From Methylotenera sp. (GTDB taxonomy: Bacteria; Pseudomonadota; Gammaproteobacteria; Burkholderiales; Methylophilaceae), in the NCBI GenBank assembly GCA_020622105.1, contig JAHRYP010000002.1, positions 14,176-78,175 on the forward strand: a stretch of 64,000 nucleotides of DNA, given 5' to 3'. Positions 8,574-18,555 of this stretch are shown one piece after another; position 1 is the first letter of the stretch, and each line of letters opens with the position of its first letter. The notes under the pieces are model-generated. The model did not search any database and was not told the origin of the DNA. It saw nothing but the letters and a program-made list of their open reading frames with translations. The position numbers and the translations under genes are program-made.

Positions 8574-11144
8574 TCACCCCTCTTTTACACGCTGTGCAAT
8601 ATGCGCCAAGGCTTCATCTACCTGATCAATCAAAATCAGACATAAATCACCTTCACCTAAACGTGACAGCCCAGTATCAATAGCCAAAAACTCGCCTCGA
8701 ATTTCATCAATTTTCTTGGATCGTTTAGCATTTAGCAGGCCCTGTTGCAAAAGCTGCAACACTTCACCATCTGCACGACCACGCTGACATTTATCCTGAT
8801 ACAGGATTACTTCATCAAACGCGTCACCAACAATCTCTGACTGGCGCATGATATCAACATCACGGCGATCTCCTGCGCCGCTGATCACGACTAAACGTCT
8901 TTTTGCAGGAATATTTTCGACCGCTGCTACAAGGGCAAGTATGGCATCCGGATTATGCCCATAATCCGCAATTACATTTGCACCGCGATATTCGAAAAAG
9001 TTAAATCTACCGGGTGCAGTCGCAGCATCATTTACAAAAGTGCTGACGCCTGCTTGTATCGTTTTCCAATCCACATTTAAAGCCCAGGCAGCGGCAATTG
9101 CCGCCATGGCATTCTCAACCTGAAAACCGATGATACCGTTTCTGGTAATTGGAATTGACGCCAGGTCAAAACGCTGTTCTTCCTGATTTTGTGCGGCCAC
9201 GATCTGGTTGTTTTCTACATAAACAATACGATGCCCCTGTGCGCGATGCGTTGCCATGACAGGATTTTCGCGATCATAAGCAAAGAATGTAACGCCTCCA
9301 GGACACGAAGCAGCCATCGCCACAGTCATAGGATCCGCCGCATTAAGAACAGCCATACCGTCCGGTGCAACATTCTGCACTACTACGCGTTTAACAACAG
9401 CCAGATCTTCAACCGTCGTAATAAAGCTCAAACCAAGGTGATCGCCAACGCCAATATTGGTAACGACTGCGACATTGCAGCGATCAAATGCCAAGCCCTC
9501 TCGCAGCACACCGCCGCGCGCGGTTTCAAAGACTGCTGCATCAACATCAGGGTGCATCAATACATTACGTGCACTTTTCGGCCCACTACAATCACCGGTA
9601 TCAATGCGTTTACCTTGAATATAAACACCGTCAGAATTGGTCATACCGACCCTTAAACCCTGACAACCAAGAATATGTGCAGTCAAACGCACAGTAGTCG
9701 TTTTACCATTGGTACCGGCAACAGTGACTAAAGGTATACGCCCGTTATCTCCTGGTGAAAATATGGAGGAAACAATCGCCTCTCCTACAGGCCGACCTTT
9801 ACCGAAAGAGGGCTGCAGATGCATGCGTAACCCTGGCGCTGCATTCGCTTCAACAATACCGCCACCTTGCACTTCGAGCGGCTGCAACACACTGTCGCAC
9901 ACCACATCAATACCGCAGATATCCAATCCTACCATCTGTGCCGCGGTGACTGCACTTGCTGCCAGATCTGGATGAACATCATCGGTTACATCCGTTGCCG
10001 TACCTCCGGTACTTAAATTGGCGTTATTGCGTAATATGACACGCGCACCTTTACCGGGAACAGAGTCCAATGCCAAATGCTGTTCAGCCAAACACGAAAC
10101 AGCAATATCATCGATACGAATTTTGGTCAGCGACGTTGCATGCCCCGAACCGCGACGTGGATCACTGTTAACCTGATTAACTAAAGTCTGAACTGTGCTG
10201 ATGCCATCACCGATCACCAGTGGTGGCTCACGTCTGGCTGCTGCAACCAGCTGATTACCGACTACCAGTAAGCGAAAATCACTGCCGGGAATGTATTTCT
10301 CAACCAGTACCTCTTCACTGATAGCGCTAGCAGCGGCGTAGGCAGCATTGAGTTGTTCGCGGGTGCTGATATTTACGGTAACGCCCTTACCCTGATTACC
10401 GTCTTTAGGTTTAACCACGACGGGTGAGGCTATTTCAGCCATGGCACGCCATGCGTCTTCAATGTCTGAGACTTCACGCCCGACAGGTACTGGCACACCG
10501 GCTGCATCCAGCAGTTTTTTGGTCAGCTCTTTATCCTGCGCAATTGCTTCTGCAATCGCACTGCTGCGATCCGTTTCTGCAGCCTGAATTCGACGCTGAC
10601 GACTACCCCAGCCAAACTGAACCAGGCTACCCTGTGTCAAGCGGCGGTATGGGATGCCTCTTGCCACAGCTGCATCTACAATTGCACCGGTACTCGGGCC
10701 AAGCCGCACGTCCTCATCTAAATCCTTAAGCTCCGTTATTGCTCCAGCAAGGTCAAAAGGCTTACTCTCCACAGCTGCCTGACATAGCTGCTCTGCCAGC
10801 TCAAGCGCACGGCGGCCTACAGCCTCTTCGCTATATTCAATCACTACCTGGAATACATTGGATTGTTGTGTAGTAGCGGTACGGCTGAATGTCACTGGGC
10901 AGCCAGACTTTGCCTGAAGAGCAAGCGAGGCAACTTCGAGTACATGTGCCATAGACACTGGCCCGCTATGACCCATCAGCTGCAGGCAACCTATTTCAGG
11001 AAAATGCTCTCGCAATCTCGCTTCAAAACCATCAATGCTGTCAATTTTGCACTCTTCATCGCTACAGGACACCACAGCTTCAATAGCAGTGTGACGACTC
11101 CATAAATTAGGACCACGTAGCGCACGTATGCGTGATACTTCCAT
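8574..11144 (-). CDS. cphA: Cyanophycin synthetase (full-length, ATP-grasp + Mur-ligase domains)
   Basis: RALRGPN N-terminus; ATP-grasp motifs KPKDGNQGKG, NANLSTGG, EANAAPGLRMH; Mur P-loop GTNGKTT; C-terminal DYGHNP. Confidence 0.95.
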   Translation of the reverse strand: MEVSRIRALRGPNLWSRHTAIEAVVSCSDEECKIDSIDGFEARLREHFPEIGCLQLMGHSGPVSMAHVLEVASLALQAKSGCPVTFSRTATTQQSNVFQVVIEYSEEAVGRRALELAEQLCQAAVESKPFDLAGAITELKDLDEDVRLGPSTGAIVDAAVARGIPYRRLTQGSLVQFGWGSRQRRIQAAETDRSSAIAEAIAQDKELTKKLLDAAGVPVPVGREVSDIEDAWRAMAEIASPVVVKPKDGNQGKGVTVNISTREQLNAAYAAASAISEEVLVEKYIPGSDFRLLVVGNQLVAAARREPPLVIGDGISTVQTLVNQVNSDPRRGSGHATSLTKIRIDDIAVSCLAEQHLALDSVPGKGARVILRNNANLSTGGTATDVTDDVHPDLAASAVTAAQMVGLDICGIDVVCDSVLQPLEVQGGGIVEANAAPGLRMHLQPSFGKGRPVGEAIVSSIFSPGDNGRIPLVTVAGTNGKTTTVRLTAHILGCQGLRVGMTNSDGVYIQGKRIDTGDCSGPKSARNVLMHPDVDAAVFETARGGVLREGLAFDRCNVAVVTNIGVGDHLGLSFITTVEDLAVVKRVVVQNVAPDGMAVLNAADPMTVAMAASCPGGVTFFAYDRENPVMATHRAQGHRIVYVENNQIVAAQNQEEQRFDLASIPITRNGIIGFQVENAMAAIAAAWALNVDWKTIQAGVSTFVNDAATAPGRFNFFEYRGANVIADYGHNPDAILALVAAVENIPAKRRLVVISGAGDRRDVDIMRQSEIVGDAFDEVILYQDKCQRGRADGEVLQLLQQGLLNAKRSKKIDEIRGEFLAIDTGLSRLGEGDLCLILIDQVDEALAHIAQRVKEG

Positions 11145-11215
11145 TAAACAGTTTTCCTTGTATTAATTTTTATCGAATATTTAAAATCGCTCACAATGCT
11201 TCCGACATCGGCATT

Positions 11216-13363
11216 TCAAACATCCGGCTGTTCCAAACTATAGGTTTTAACTCCGGCGCTTATTAAATCCGGAGAAATTCCAAGTGCCCATGCTGCAGCC
11301 ACTGCTGGCAGCAATGGCTGCATACTCTGTGCTGAAATGGGTTTTGCCGCTGGATTCGTTAACAGAATCTTGCACAGCGATGATGCCAGAATCAGACCGC
11401 CGCCTTTTTGCAGCACGGCCCGCCCACCTTGCTTCAGATGCTTGCGAATCACAGGTGATTCAGAATTTGTAGCGAAAAATATTACTTCTCCATCACATAG
11501 CTCCGCCATCTGTGCGACTAACGGATCTTCTGCATTCAGCACGGCAACGCCATCGCCAAGCACTACATCGACCTGAGTGCGCAGCACGTTATAAACCTGT
11601 TCTGGCGTTTCAGTATAAAAGGCACCAAAATGCTTTTCAGATTGAATATTAGTCACTACTCCCACCTGACAACGATCGTAACCGAGACCTTCTGCCAGTA
11701 TCGTAGAAACACTGTTCTCAATCACAGCAGCTTCTACTTTACGGTTCATTAATAGCTTCTGCGCAGCTGTCCAGGTAGCGCAATTACCCTTCTCAATCTG
11801 TCGCTCCCCAGAAAACAAGCCATCACTGCAAGCCAATCCAACGTGACTGCCACTTAAATGAATAAATCTGGCCAGAATCTTTGCAACTCTTGTTTTACCG
11901 CTACTGCCAGTAATGCCAACAACAGGAATACGGCCAGTCTCATCATCTGTAAACAGATGATCAACAATCGCTTTACCTACCGGACGCGGCTGGCCTTCTG
12001 CCGGTTTTAAGTGCATAAGAAGACCAGGTCCGGCATTTACTTCTACAATGGCACCACCTTGTTCACCCAGTGGCTTAGAAATATCCTCAGCCACCAGATC
12101 GATGCCCGCGATATCCAGACCAACAACACGTGCAGCCAGTGAAACGGCTGCAGCGACTTCAGGGTGAACAATATCGGTGACATCAAACGCTACGTTACCG
12201 TTACGCTGAACAATAATTGAAACATCTTTTGGCAAAACTGAATCGGCGGTATAACCCTGCCGTTCAATTTCAAATTTTACTGCCGGGTTTTTATCTACTA
12301 GCAGCACGTCCAGCGGGAACTCTTCCTCCTCACCGCGCCTTGGGTCTGAATTGACCTGCTGATCAATCAACTCACGCACAGTAGCAACGCCGTCACCAAG
12401 CACAGAAACCGTTTCTCCACGCGCAGCAGCTGCAAGCTTACCGCCAACCACCAGTAAACGATGTTCGTTACCACGCACAAAACGCTCAACCAGCACCTCG
12501 CTGCCTTCAGCATCTGCCAGATGATAAGCGGCTTCTACTTCTGCGCGCGTCATGAGTTCAGTAGAAACACCGCGTGCATGGTTAGCGTCCGTGGGCTTCA
12601 CAACAACAGGAACACCAATATCTTCAGCCGCATCCCAGGCATCCTCCGGGCTTTCTACAATACGGCCTTCTGGCACTGGAACACCGCAGCTGGTTAACAA
12701 TTGCTTGGTTAAGTCTTTATTGCGCGAGATACCTTCAGCAATCGCGCTGGTACGGTCAGTTTCCGCTGTCCATACCCGATGCTGGCGGGCGCCATAGCCA
12801 AGCTGTACCAGATTGCCATCAGTCAGGCGAATTGAGGGAATGTTTCGTGCAGTAGCGGCATCAACAATGCAAGCCGTGCTTGGCCCCAGACAATGTGAAT
12901 CTATCAATTCGCGCAAATGATGAATAGCGGCTTTCACATCAAAGGGTTTATCTTCAATTGCTGCCATTACCAGATCGCGGCCTGCGTGTAGCGCTGCAAT
13001 ACTTACTTTCTCATTTCTGGAACGCACTACAACCTTGTAAACACCGCGTACAGAGGTGCTGCGCGCCTTACCGAAACCGCCCTGCATACCTGCTAGCGTT
13101 TGCAACTCAAGGGTAACGTGCTCAAGAATGTGGCCCGGCCAAGTACCTTCACGCAGGCGCAGCAGAAATCCGCCAGGCTCACCGATGCCGCAGCGATGCT
13201 CTGCCAGTGAAGGCAGCCATGCTGTCAGTCGTTCATAGAATCCGGGAATAAGGTTTGAAGGTGAATCCTCCAAAGGGCCAATGTCGAGCCATACCTCTAG
13301 CACAGGGCGATATGTCCAGATATTCGGCCCGCGTAGCGCTAAAATCTTTAAGAACTTCATCAA
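11216..13363 (-). CDS. cphA': Cyanophycin synthetase-like paralogue (CphA'), C-terminally shortened
   Basis: LRGPNIW and GGF..RL.EGTW.GHILEH N-domain, ATP-grasp-like core, altered Mur P-loop GSSGKT, no DYGHN domain. The start may be the ATG at 13360. Confidence 0.9.
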   Translation of the reverse strand: MMKFLKILALRGPNIWTYRPVLEVWLDIGPLEDSPSNLIPGFYERLTAWLPSLAEHRCGIGEPGGFLLRLREGTWPGHILEHVTLELQTLAGMQGGFGKARSTSVRGVYKVVVRSRNEKVSIAALHAGRDLVMAAIEDKPFDVKAAIHHLRELIDSHCLGPSTACIVDAATARNIPSIRLTDGNLVQLGYGARQHRVWTAETDRTSAIAEGISRNKDLTKQLLTSCGVPVPEGRIVESPEDAWDAAEDIGVPVVVKPTDANHARGVSTELMTRAEVEAAYHLADAEGSEVLVERFVRGNEHRLLVVGGKLAAAARGETVSVLGDGVATVRELIDQQVNSDPRRGEEEEFPLDVLLVDKNPAVKFEIERQGYTADSVLPKDVSIIVQRNGNVAFDVTDIVHPEVAAAVSLAARVVGLDIAGIDLVAEDISKPLGEQGGAIVEVNAGPGLLMHLKPAEGQPRPVGKAIVDHLFTDDETGRIPVVGITGSSGKTRVAKILARFIHLSGSHVGLACSDGLFSGERQIEKGNCATWTAAQKLLMNRKVEAAVIENSVSTILAEGLGYDRCQVGVVTNIQSEKHFGAFYTETPEQVYNVLRTQVDVVLGDGVAVLNAEDPLVAQMAELCDGEVIFFATNSESPVIRKHLKQGGRAVLQKGGGLILASSLCKILLTNPAAKPISAQSMQPLLPAVAAAWALGISPDLISAGVKTYSLEQPDV

Positions 13364-13486
13364 TCTTTCCAGATGAAAAAAATCACAATAAAGTGTGCCG
13401 CCTTACTACAAGAAACTTGCATCTAACTTACAACTAGCTTTTTAACTATTTTGTAAGGCAATCTGAATGTAGTAAACTCGGTACCT

Positions 13487-15808
13487 GTGAACAGCAAAAT
13501 ATTACACCTAACTCCATCCAGTAGACTGCTACCGAACTTCTGGCAATCAATAGTTCAATCACATCTTGAAAATGCAGAAGAACTAAAGGCCTGGCTAGAG
13601 ATCAACCTTGATGAACAGCTACATTTTACAGAACATTTATTGCTTATTACCAACCGGCGATTAGTATATTTTTGTCCAGATAAAACGCATGCAGATATAC
13701 CGAATGTTTCGGTGTATGAATACGCTTATCAGCCAGATTTAAAGTTACTTCAGCATGATCATGCCGGGGTCTACAGGCTGGAGTTGTTTGAACATAATTT
13801 GCGCATAGCCAGCTGGTGCTACACGCTGACCAGCGACACTTCATCCGCAAGATTTATCAAGCAGTTCGAGCAACAGTGCACCAGTTTTATTACTGGCAAA
13901 CCTGTACCTGCCGAAGCAACCGAGCCTTGCCCAAAATGCAGATACCCGCTCACAGCAGAGCAGGATGAATGCCCGCAATGCAGTAGCGAAATTGATACGC
14001 CACCCTCTACATGGACACTGTTCAGACTGTGGCGATTTGCCAAACCCTATCAATGGCAACTGCTGGCGGGCTTTTTATTAATGCTGGCATCCACCGCCGC
14101 CACGCTGGTACCGCCCTATTTAACCATTCCGCTAATGGATAAAGTGCTAATCCCTTATCAAAATGGCGTACCTATAGATACCGACCTGGTTGCGCTTCTG
14201 CTAGGTGGGCTATTAGGTTCAGCACTTTTGGCATGGAGCCTTGGCTGGTCAAAAACCTACATACTGGCACTGGTCAGTGAGCGCATAGGGGCTGATTTGC
14301 GCACCATCACTTACGACCATTTGCTCAAACTTTCGCTTGAATATTTTGGCGGCAAACGTACCGGCGACCTCATGGCACGCATCGGTTCTGAATCCGACCG
14401 GATTTGTGTATTCCTGTCATTGCACCTTCTGGACTTTGCAACCGATGTACTGATGATCATTATGACGGCTGCAATCCTGGTCTCTATCAACCCGGAACTT
14501 GCCTTGGTCACTTTACTGCCGCTACCTTTTATTGCGTGGATGATCCATATCGTGCGCGACAAGCTGCGCACCGGCTTTGAAAAGATAGACCGCGTATGGT
14601 CAGAAGTCAGCAACGTATTGGCCGATACCATTCCGGGGATACGCGTAGTGAAGGCTTTTGCACAGGAAGCCCGAGAATCATCACGTTTTCGCGAGGCTAA
14701 CCAGCACAATCTGGCAGTGAATGACCGTATCAATAAAATATGGTCATTATTCTCTCCCAGCGTGACTTTACTCACAGAGATTGGCCTGCTGCTAGTGTGG
14801 GCGTTCGGTATCTGGCAGATATCTAAAGATGAAATCAGCGTCGGTATACTGACAGCGTTTCTGGCTTATATCAGCCGCTTCTACACACGGCTGGACTCCA
14901 TGAGTCGCATCGTTTCAGTCACGCAAAAAGCTGCATCCGGTGCAAAACGTATTTTTGATATTCTTGACCATGTATCCAGCGTGCCGGAACCAAGCAATCC
15001 GGTTCATCTGGATAAAGTTTCGGGAAAAATTGAAATTCGCTCGGCTGGTTTCCGTTACGGCAATCGTACCGTGATCAAGGATTTAAACCTGACTATTGAG
15101 CCGGGTGAAATGATTGGCCTGGTTGGTCACAGTGGTTCAGGCAAGAGTACTCTGGTTAACCTGATGTGTCGCTTTTATGATGTCAGTACAGGCTCTATCA
15201 GCCTCGATGGCGTCAATATCCGCTCTTTACCGATTTCCGAATATAGACGCAACATTGGTCTGGTATTACAGGAGCCGTTCCTGTTTTTTGGCAGTATTGC
15301 GGAAAACATCGCTTATGGCAAACCGGATGCCACTCGCGCTGAAATCATTGCCGCAGCGCGTGCTGCACATGCGCATGAGTTTATTCTGCGCCTGCCGCAC
15401 GGTTATGACTCGCTGGTAGGTGAACGCGGTCACGGCCTTTCCGGCGGTGAACGCCAGCGCATCTCAATTGCGCGCGCCTTGCTCATAGACCCACGCATTT
15501 TGATTTTAGATGAAGCGACAGCTTCAGTTGACACAGAAACTGAAAAGGAAATCCAGAAAGCCTTGGATAATCTGGTGCATGGGCGTACCACCATCGCTAT
15601 CGCGCACCGATTGTCTACACTGCACAAAGCCAACCGATTAGTCGTGATGGATCAAGGCCAGATTGTTGAAATTGGCAACCATGACGAACTGATGGCGAGC
15701 GAAGGCGCTTACTACCGACTGTATCAGGCACAGGCACGCAATGTAGATACTGATCTGGATGACGTGATCAGCAATGAAACAATCGCCAATAAAGAAGCGA
15801 GCGCATAA
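13487..15808 (+). CDS. ABC exporter (fused permease/ATPase) with about 175-aa N-terminal extension; cyanophycin-locus-associated type
   Basis: Six-TM exporter domain, Walker A GHSGSGKST, signature LSGGERQR, Walker B ILILDEAT, IAHRLST. The N-extension ends in CPKC-x10-CPQC. Confidence 0.92.
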   Translation: MNSKILHLTPSSRLLPNFWQSIVQSHLENAEELKAWLEINLDEQLHFTEHLLLITNRRLVYFCPDKTHADIPNVSVYEYAYQPDLKLLQHDHAGVYRLELFEHNLRIASWCYTLTSDTSSARFIKQFEQQCTSFITGKPVPAEATEPCPKCRYPLTAEQDECPQCSSEIDTPPSTWTLFRLWRFAKPYQWQLLAGFLLMLASTAATLVPPYLTIPLMDKVLIPYQNGVPIDTDLVALLLGGLLGSALLAWSLGWSKTYILALVSERIGADLRTITYDHLLKLSLEYFGGKRTGDLMARIGSESDRICVFLSLHLLDFATDVLMIIMTAAILVSINPELALVTLLPLPFIAWMIHIVRDKLRTGFEKIDRVWSEVSNVLADTIPGIRVVKAFAQEARESSRFREANQHNLAVNDRINKIWSLFSPSVTLLTEIGLLLVWAFGIWQISKDEISVGILTAFLAYISRFYTRLDSMSRIVSVTQKAASGAKRIFDILDHVSSVPEPSNPVHLDKVSGKIEIRSAGFRYGNRTVIKDLNLTIEPGEMIGLVGHSGSGKSTLVNLMCRFYDVSTGSISLDGVNIRSLPISEYRRNIGLVLQEPFLFFGSIAENIAYGKPDATRAEIIAAARAAHAHEFILRLPHGYDSLVGERGHGLSGGERQRISIARALLIDPRILILDEATASVDTETEKEIQKALDNLVHGRTTIAIAHRLSTLHKANRLVVMDQGQIVEIGNHDELMASEGAYYRLYQAQARNVDTDLDDVISNETIANKEASA

Positions 15809-15810
15809 CG

Positions 15811-16293
15811 ATGGCAACGATCAACCCCAATAAAGATTTCACGCTGGCACGTAACCCAACAGGCCAACTGCAATTTACTGATAGCGATGGCATTGTGTTT
15901 GATAATGTTTATCTCGTGCGCGCTTTTCCTATCTCAGCACCTGACGAAGGGCTTTCAATTATCAGCAAAGAAGGTCACGAGCTTGCATGGATTTCCAACT
16001 TAGTAGATATGCCGATTCAATTGAAAGAACTTATCGAAGCCGAACTTGCGCAGCGTGAGTTCATGCCGGAAATTCTGCGTATTAATCAGGTATCAAGCTT
16101 TGCTACACCTAGCATGTGGGATGTATGGACAAATAAAGGTAGCACACAACTGATCCTCAAAGCAGAAGACCAGATATGGCGGCTTAAAAACAACAGGATT
16201 CTCATCACAGACAAAAACGGCGTTAATTTCATGATCAATAACATAGAGCAGCTGGATAAGCACTCCAGAAAACTGCTGGATAGATTTTTATAA
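15811..16293 (+). CDS. DUF1854-type protein
   Basis: Starts 2 nt after the ABC gene. VRAFPISAP..GLS, E.ELA.REFMPEI, S.ATPS.W.V.T.KG and LD..SRKLLDRFL match my recollection of DUF1854 proteins found next to this ABC type. Confidence 0.8.
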   Translation: MATINPNKDFTLARNPTGQLQFTDSDGIVFDNVYLVRAFPISAPDEGLSIISKEGHELAWISNLVDMPIQLKELIEAELAQREFMPEILRINQVSSFATPSMWDVWTNKGSTQLILKAEDQIWRLKNNRILITDKNGVNFMINNIEQLDKHSRKLLDRFL

Positions 16294-16482
16294 CACTAGA
16301 ATTTTTGAGGTTGGACAGAATAATTAACCTTAAAATCTCTGTGTAACAGCCATTCTTTGCACTTCTTTTTCCTAGCTAAGTTACTGCTATCTATACGAAA
16401 AAATGATAGCAAGATTTCAAATATTGGCATATCGTTATAGTTATGAATATTGGGTTACTGTTTATACCTATAACTACTAAAA

Positions 16483-18534
16483 ATGGCCTCAAATTCTTTC
16501 AAGATCAGTTCGATTAAAAGCAGGGTAACAGCCCTGACGCTTGCCATTTTCATTATTGGCGTGTGGTTACTTTCGTATGATATCAGCCAAAAACTGCAAA
16601 AGGATATCGCTAAACAAATCAGTGAGCAGCAACTTTCCACTACCGCTTTATTAGCAAACCAGATCAACAACGACCTTGTGGACAGACAAACCACACTTGA
16701 AGATCTTGCTAAAAGAATAGGTCAGATTGGGCTAGACGATCAGGCACAATTACAATCATTTCTGGATGACCGCTTTGTTATTAAACGGGATTTCAATGTA
16801 GGTGCTTCTATTATCAACTTTGATGGCAACGTCATTGCCTCTGTTCCTAGTAAGTTTCAACGCATTGGCATTAATTATAGAGATAGAGCCTTTATCGCTA
16901 CTGCACTCGATAAAGGCAAACCGACCATCAGCGAAATTTTTATTGGAAAGGTACTGCAAAATTTTGTTTTCGGCCTAGCGGTGCCAATCCGTAACTCACA
17001 GGGTAAAGTCATTGGCGCTCTTGCTGGCGGAATCGACCTGACAAAGCCAAATTTTCTGGATAAAATTGCCGACAACCGTTTCGGAAAAACCGGTTATTTT
17101 CTGTTAGAAGATCAAAAAACCAGAATCATCATTACCAGTACTGACAAACGCCGTGTTTTGCAGCAACAGTTGCCACCTGGCACCAATCGGCTAGTTGACC
17201 GCCATTTGCAGGGTTATGAGGAAAGCGGAATCACAACCAATACTTTCGGGGTTGAAGTATTAGCTTCTGCCAAGCGTATTCCTATTGCAAACTGGGTAAT
17301 GGTCGTAGCTATCCCAACGGCAGAAGCTTTTGCACCTATCAAGGAAATGCAATCACGCATCATAGCAATTGCAAGTCTGTTGACATTAATATTAGGCGCT
17401 ATCATTTGGTGGCTGTTATGGCGTGAACTATCACCAATATTTTCCACCATCAAAAAACTGGGGATTCTAGCGAGGCTGGAAACCCATAATGTGCTATTAC
17501 CAGAAACCAAACATGGTGAAATAGGCGACCTTATCAAAGCTTTTAACCTTTTGCTGACAGCCTTGCAGCAACGTGAACAGGCTTTGGAGGAAAGCGAATT
17601 TCGCTGGAAATTTGCAATTGAAGGTACCGGAGATGGGCTCTGGGATTGGGATATTCCTAACAATACCGTCTATTTCTCAAAAACCTGGAAAACAATGCTG
17701 GGCTATTCTGAGGGAGACATCAGCAACAACCTGAGTGAGTGGGAAAGACTTGTGCATCCTGATGACCTGCATGACACCATGATTGCTGTACAAGAACATC
17801 TGGATGGAAAAACGCCAGCCTACATCAATGAGCACCGCTTACTCTGTAAAAATGGTAGCTACAAATGGATACTTGACCGAGGTCTGGTTGTAAGCCGAGA
17901 CGAACAAGGCAAACCACTACGTGCCATCGGCACACACACTGATATCACCGAACGCAAACAAATGGAAGAATTTATACGTCAGCAGGCACTGTATGACCCT
18001 CTGACCAAACTACCTAACCGGCGTCTGTTAGTTGATCGCCTCGGGCTGGCAATGTCGACAAGCAAACGTACCGGTAGTCACGGCGCACTGCTATTTCTCG
18101 ATCTGGACAACTTTAAACCGCTTAATGACACCCATGGCCATGAAGCTGGTGATTTGCTGCTGATCGAGGTTGCCAACCGAATAAGGCGTTGCTTGCGAGA
18201 AACAGACACCGTTGCCCGCTTGGGTGGTGATGAATTTGTGATTGTGCTTGCACAGCTAGATATAGATAAGAACATATCAAAACAACAGGCTGAAATGTTA
18301 GCCGAGAAAATTCGTACCGAATTGGCTAAAACCTATGCTCTTGAACTGAAAGGCGAAAATGGTAAAGTTTTTATAATTGAACATCACTGTACCGCAAGCA
18401 TAGGCGTCACACTGTTTATTGATGAAAGATCTTTTATTAACGATATTCTAAAAAACGCCGATGATGCCATGTACCAAGCTAAAAACGCTGGCCGAAATCG
18501 TGTCTGCTTTTATGACTCAAACAAGAAAACTTAA
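16483..18534 (+). CDS. Diguanylate cyclase (Cache-HAMP-PAS-GGDEF)
   Basis: Two TM helices flank a periplasmic Cache-like region; PAS (DGLWDW...HPDD); RETD I-site and LGGDEF. Confidence 0.92.
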   Translation: MASNSFKISSIKSRVTALTLAIFIIGVWLLSYDISQKLQKDIAKQISEQQLSTTALLANQINNDLVDRQTTLEDLAKRIGQIGLDDQAQLQSFLDDRFVIKRDFNVGASIINFDGNVIASVPSKFQRIGINYRDRAFIATALDKGKPTISEIFIGKVLQNFVFGLAVPIRNSQGKVIGALAGGIDLTKPNFLDKIADNRFGKTGYFLLEDQKTRIIITSTDKRRVLQQQLPPGTNRLVDRHLQGYEESGITTNTFGVEVLASAKRIPIANWVMVVAIPTAEAFAPIKEMQSRIIAIASLLTLILGAIIWWLLWRELSPIFSTIKKLGILARLETHNVLLPETKHGEIGDLIKAFNLLLTALQQREQALEESEFRWKFAIEGTGDGLWDWDIPNNTVYFSKTWKTMLGYSEGDISNNLSEWERLVHPDDLHDTMIAVQEHLDGKTPAYINEHRLLCKNGSYKWILDRGLVVSRDEQGKPLRAIGTHTDITERKQMEEFIRQQALYDPLTKLPNRRLLVDRLGLAMSTSKRTGSHGALLFLDLDNFKPLNDTHGHEAGDLLLIEVANRIRRCLRETDTVARLGGDEFVIVLAQLDIDKNISKQQAEMLAEKIRTELAKTYALELKGENGKVFIIEHHCTASIGVTLFIDERSFINDILKNADDAMYQAKNAGRNRVCFYDSNKKT

Positions 18535-18555
18535 CGCATTATTACTAGCTAAGAA

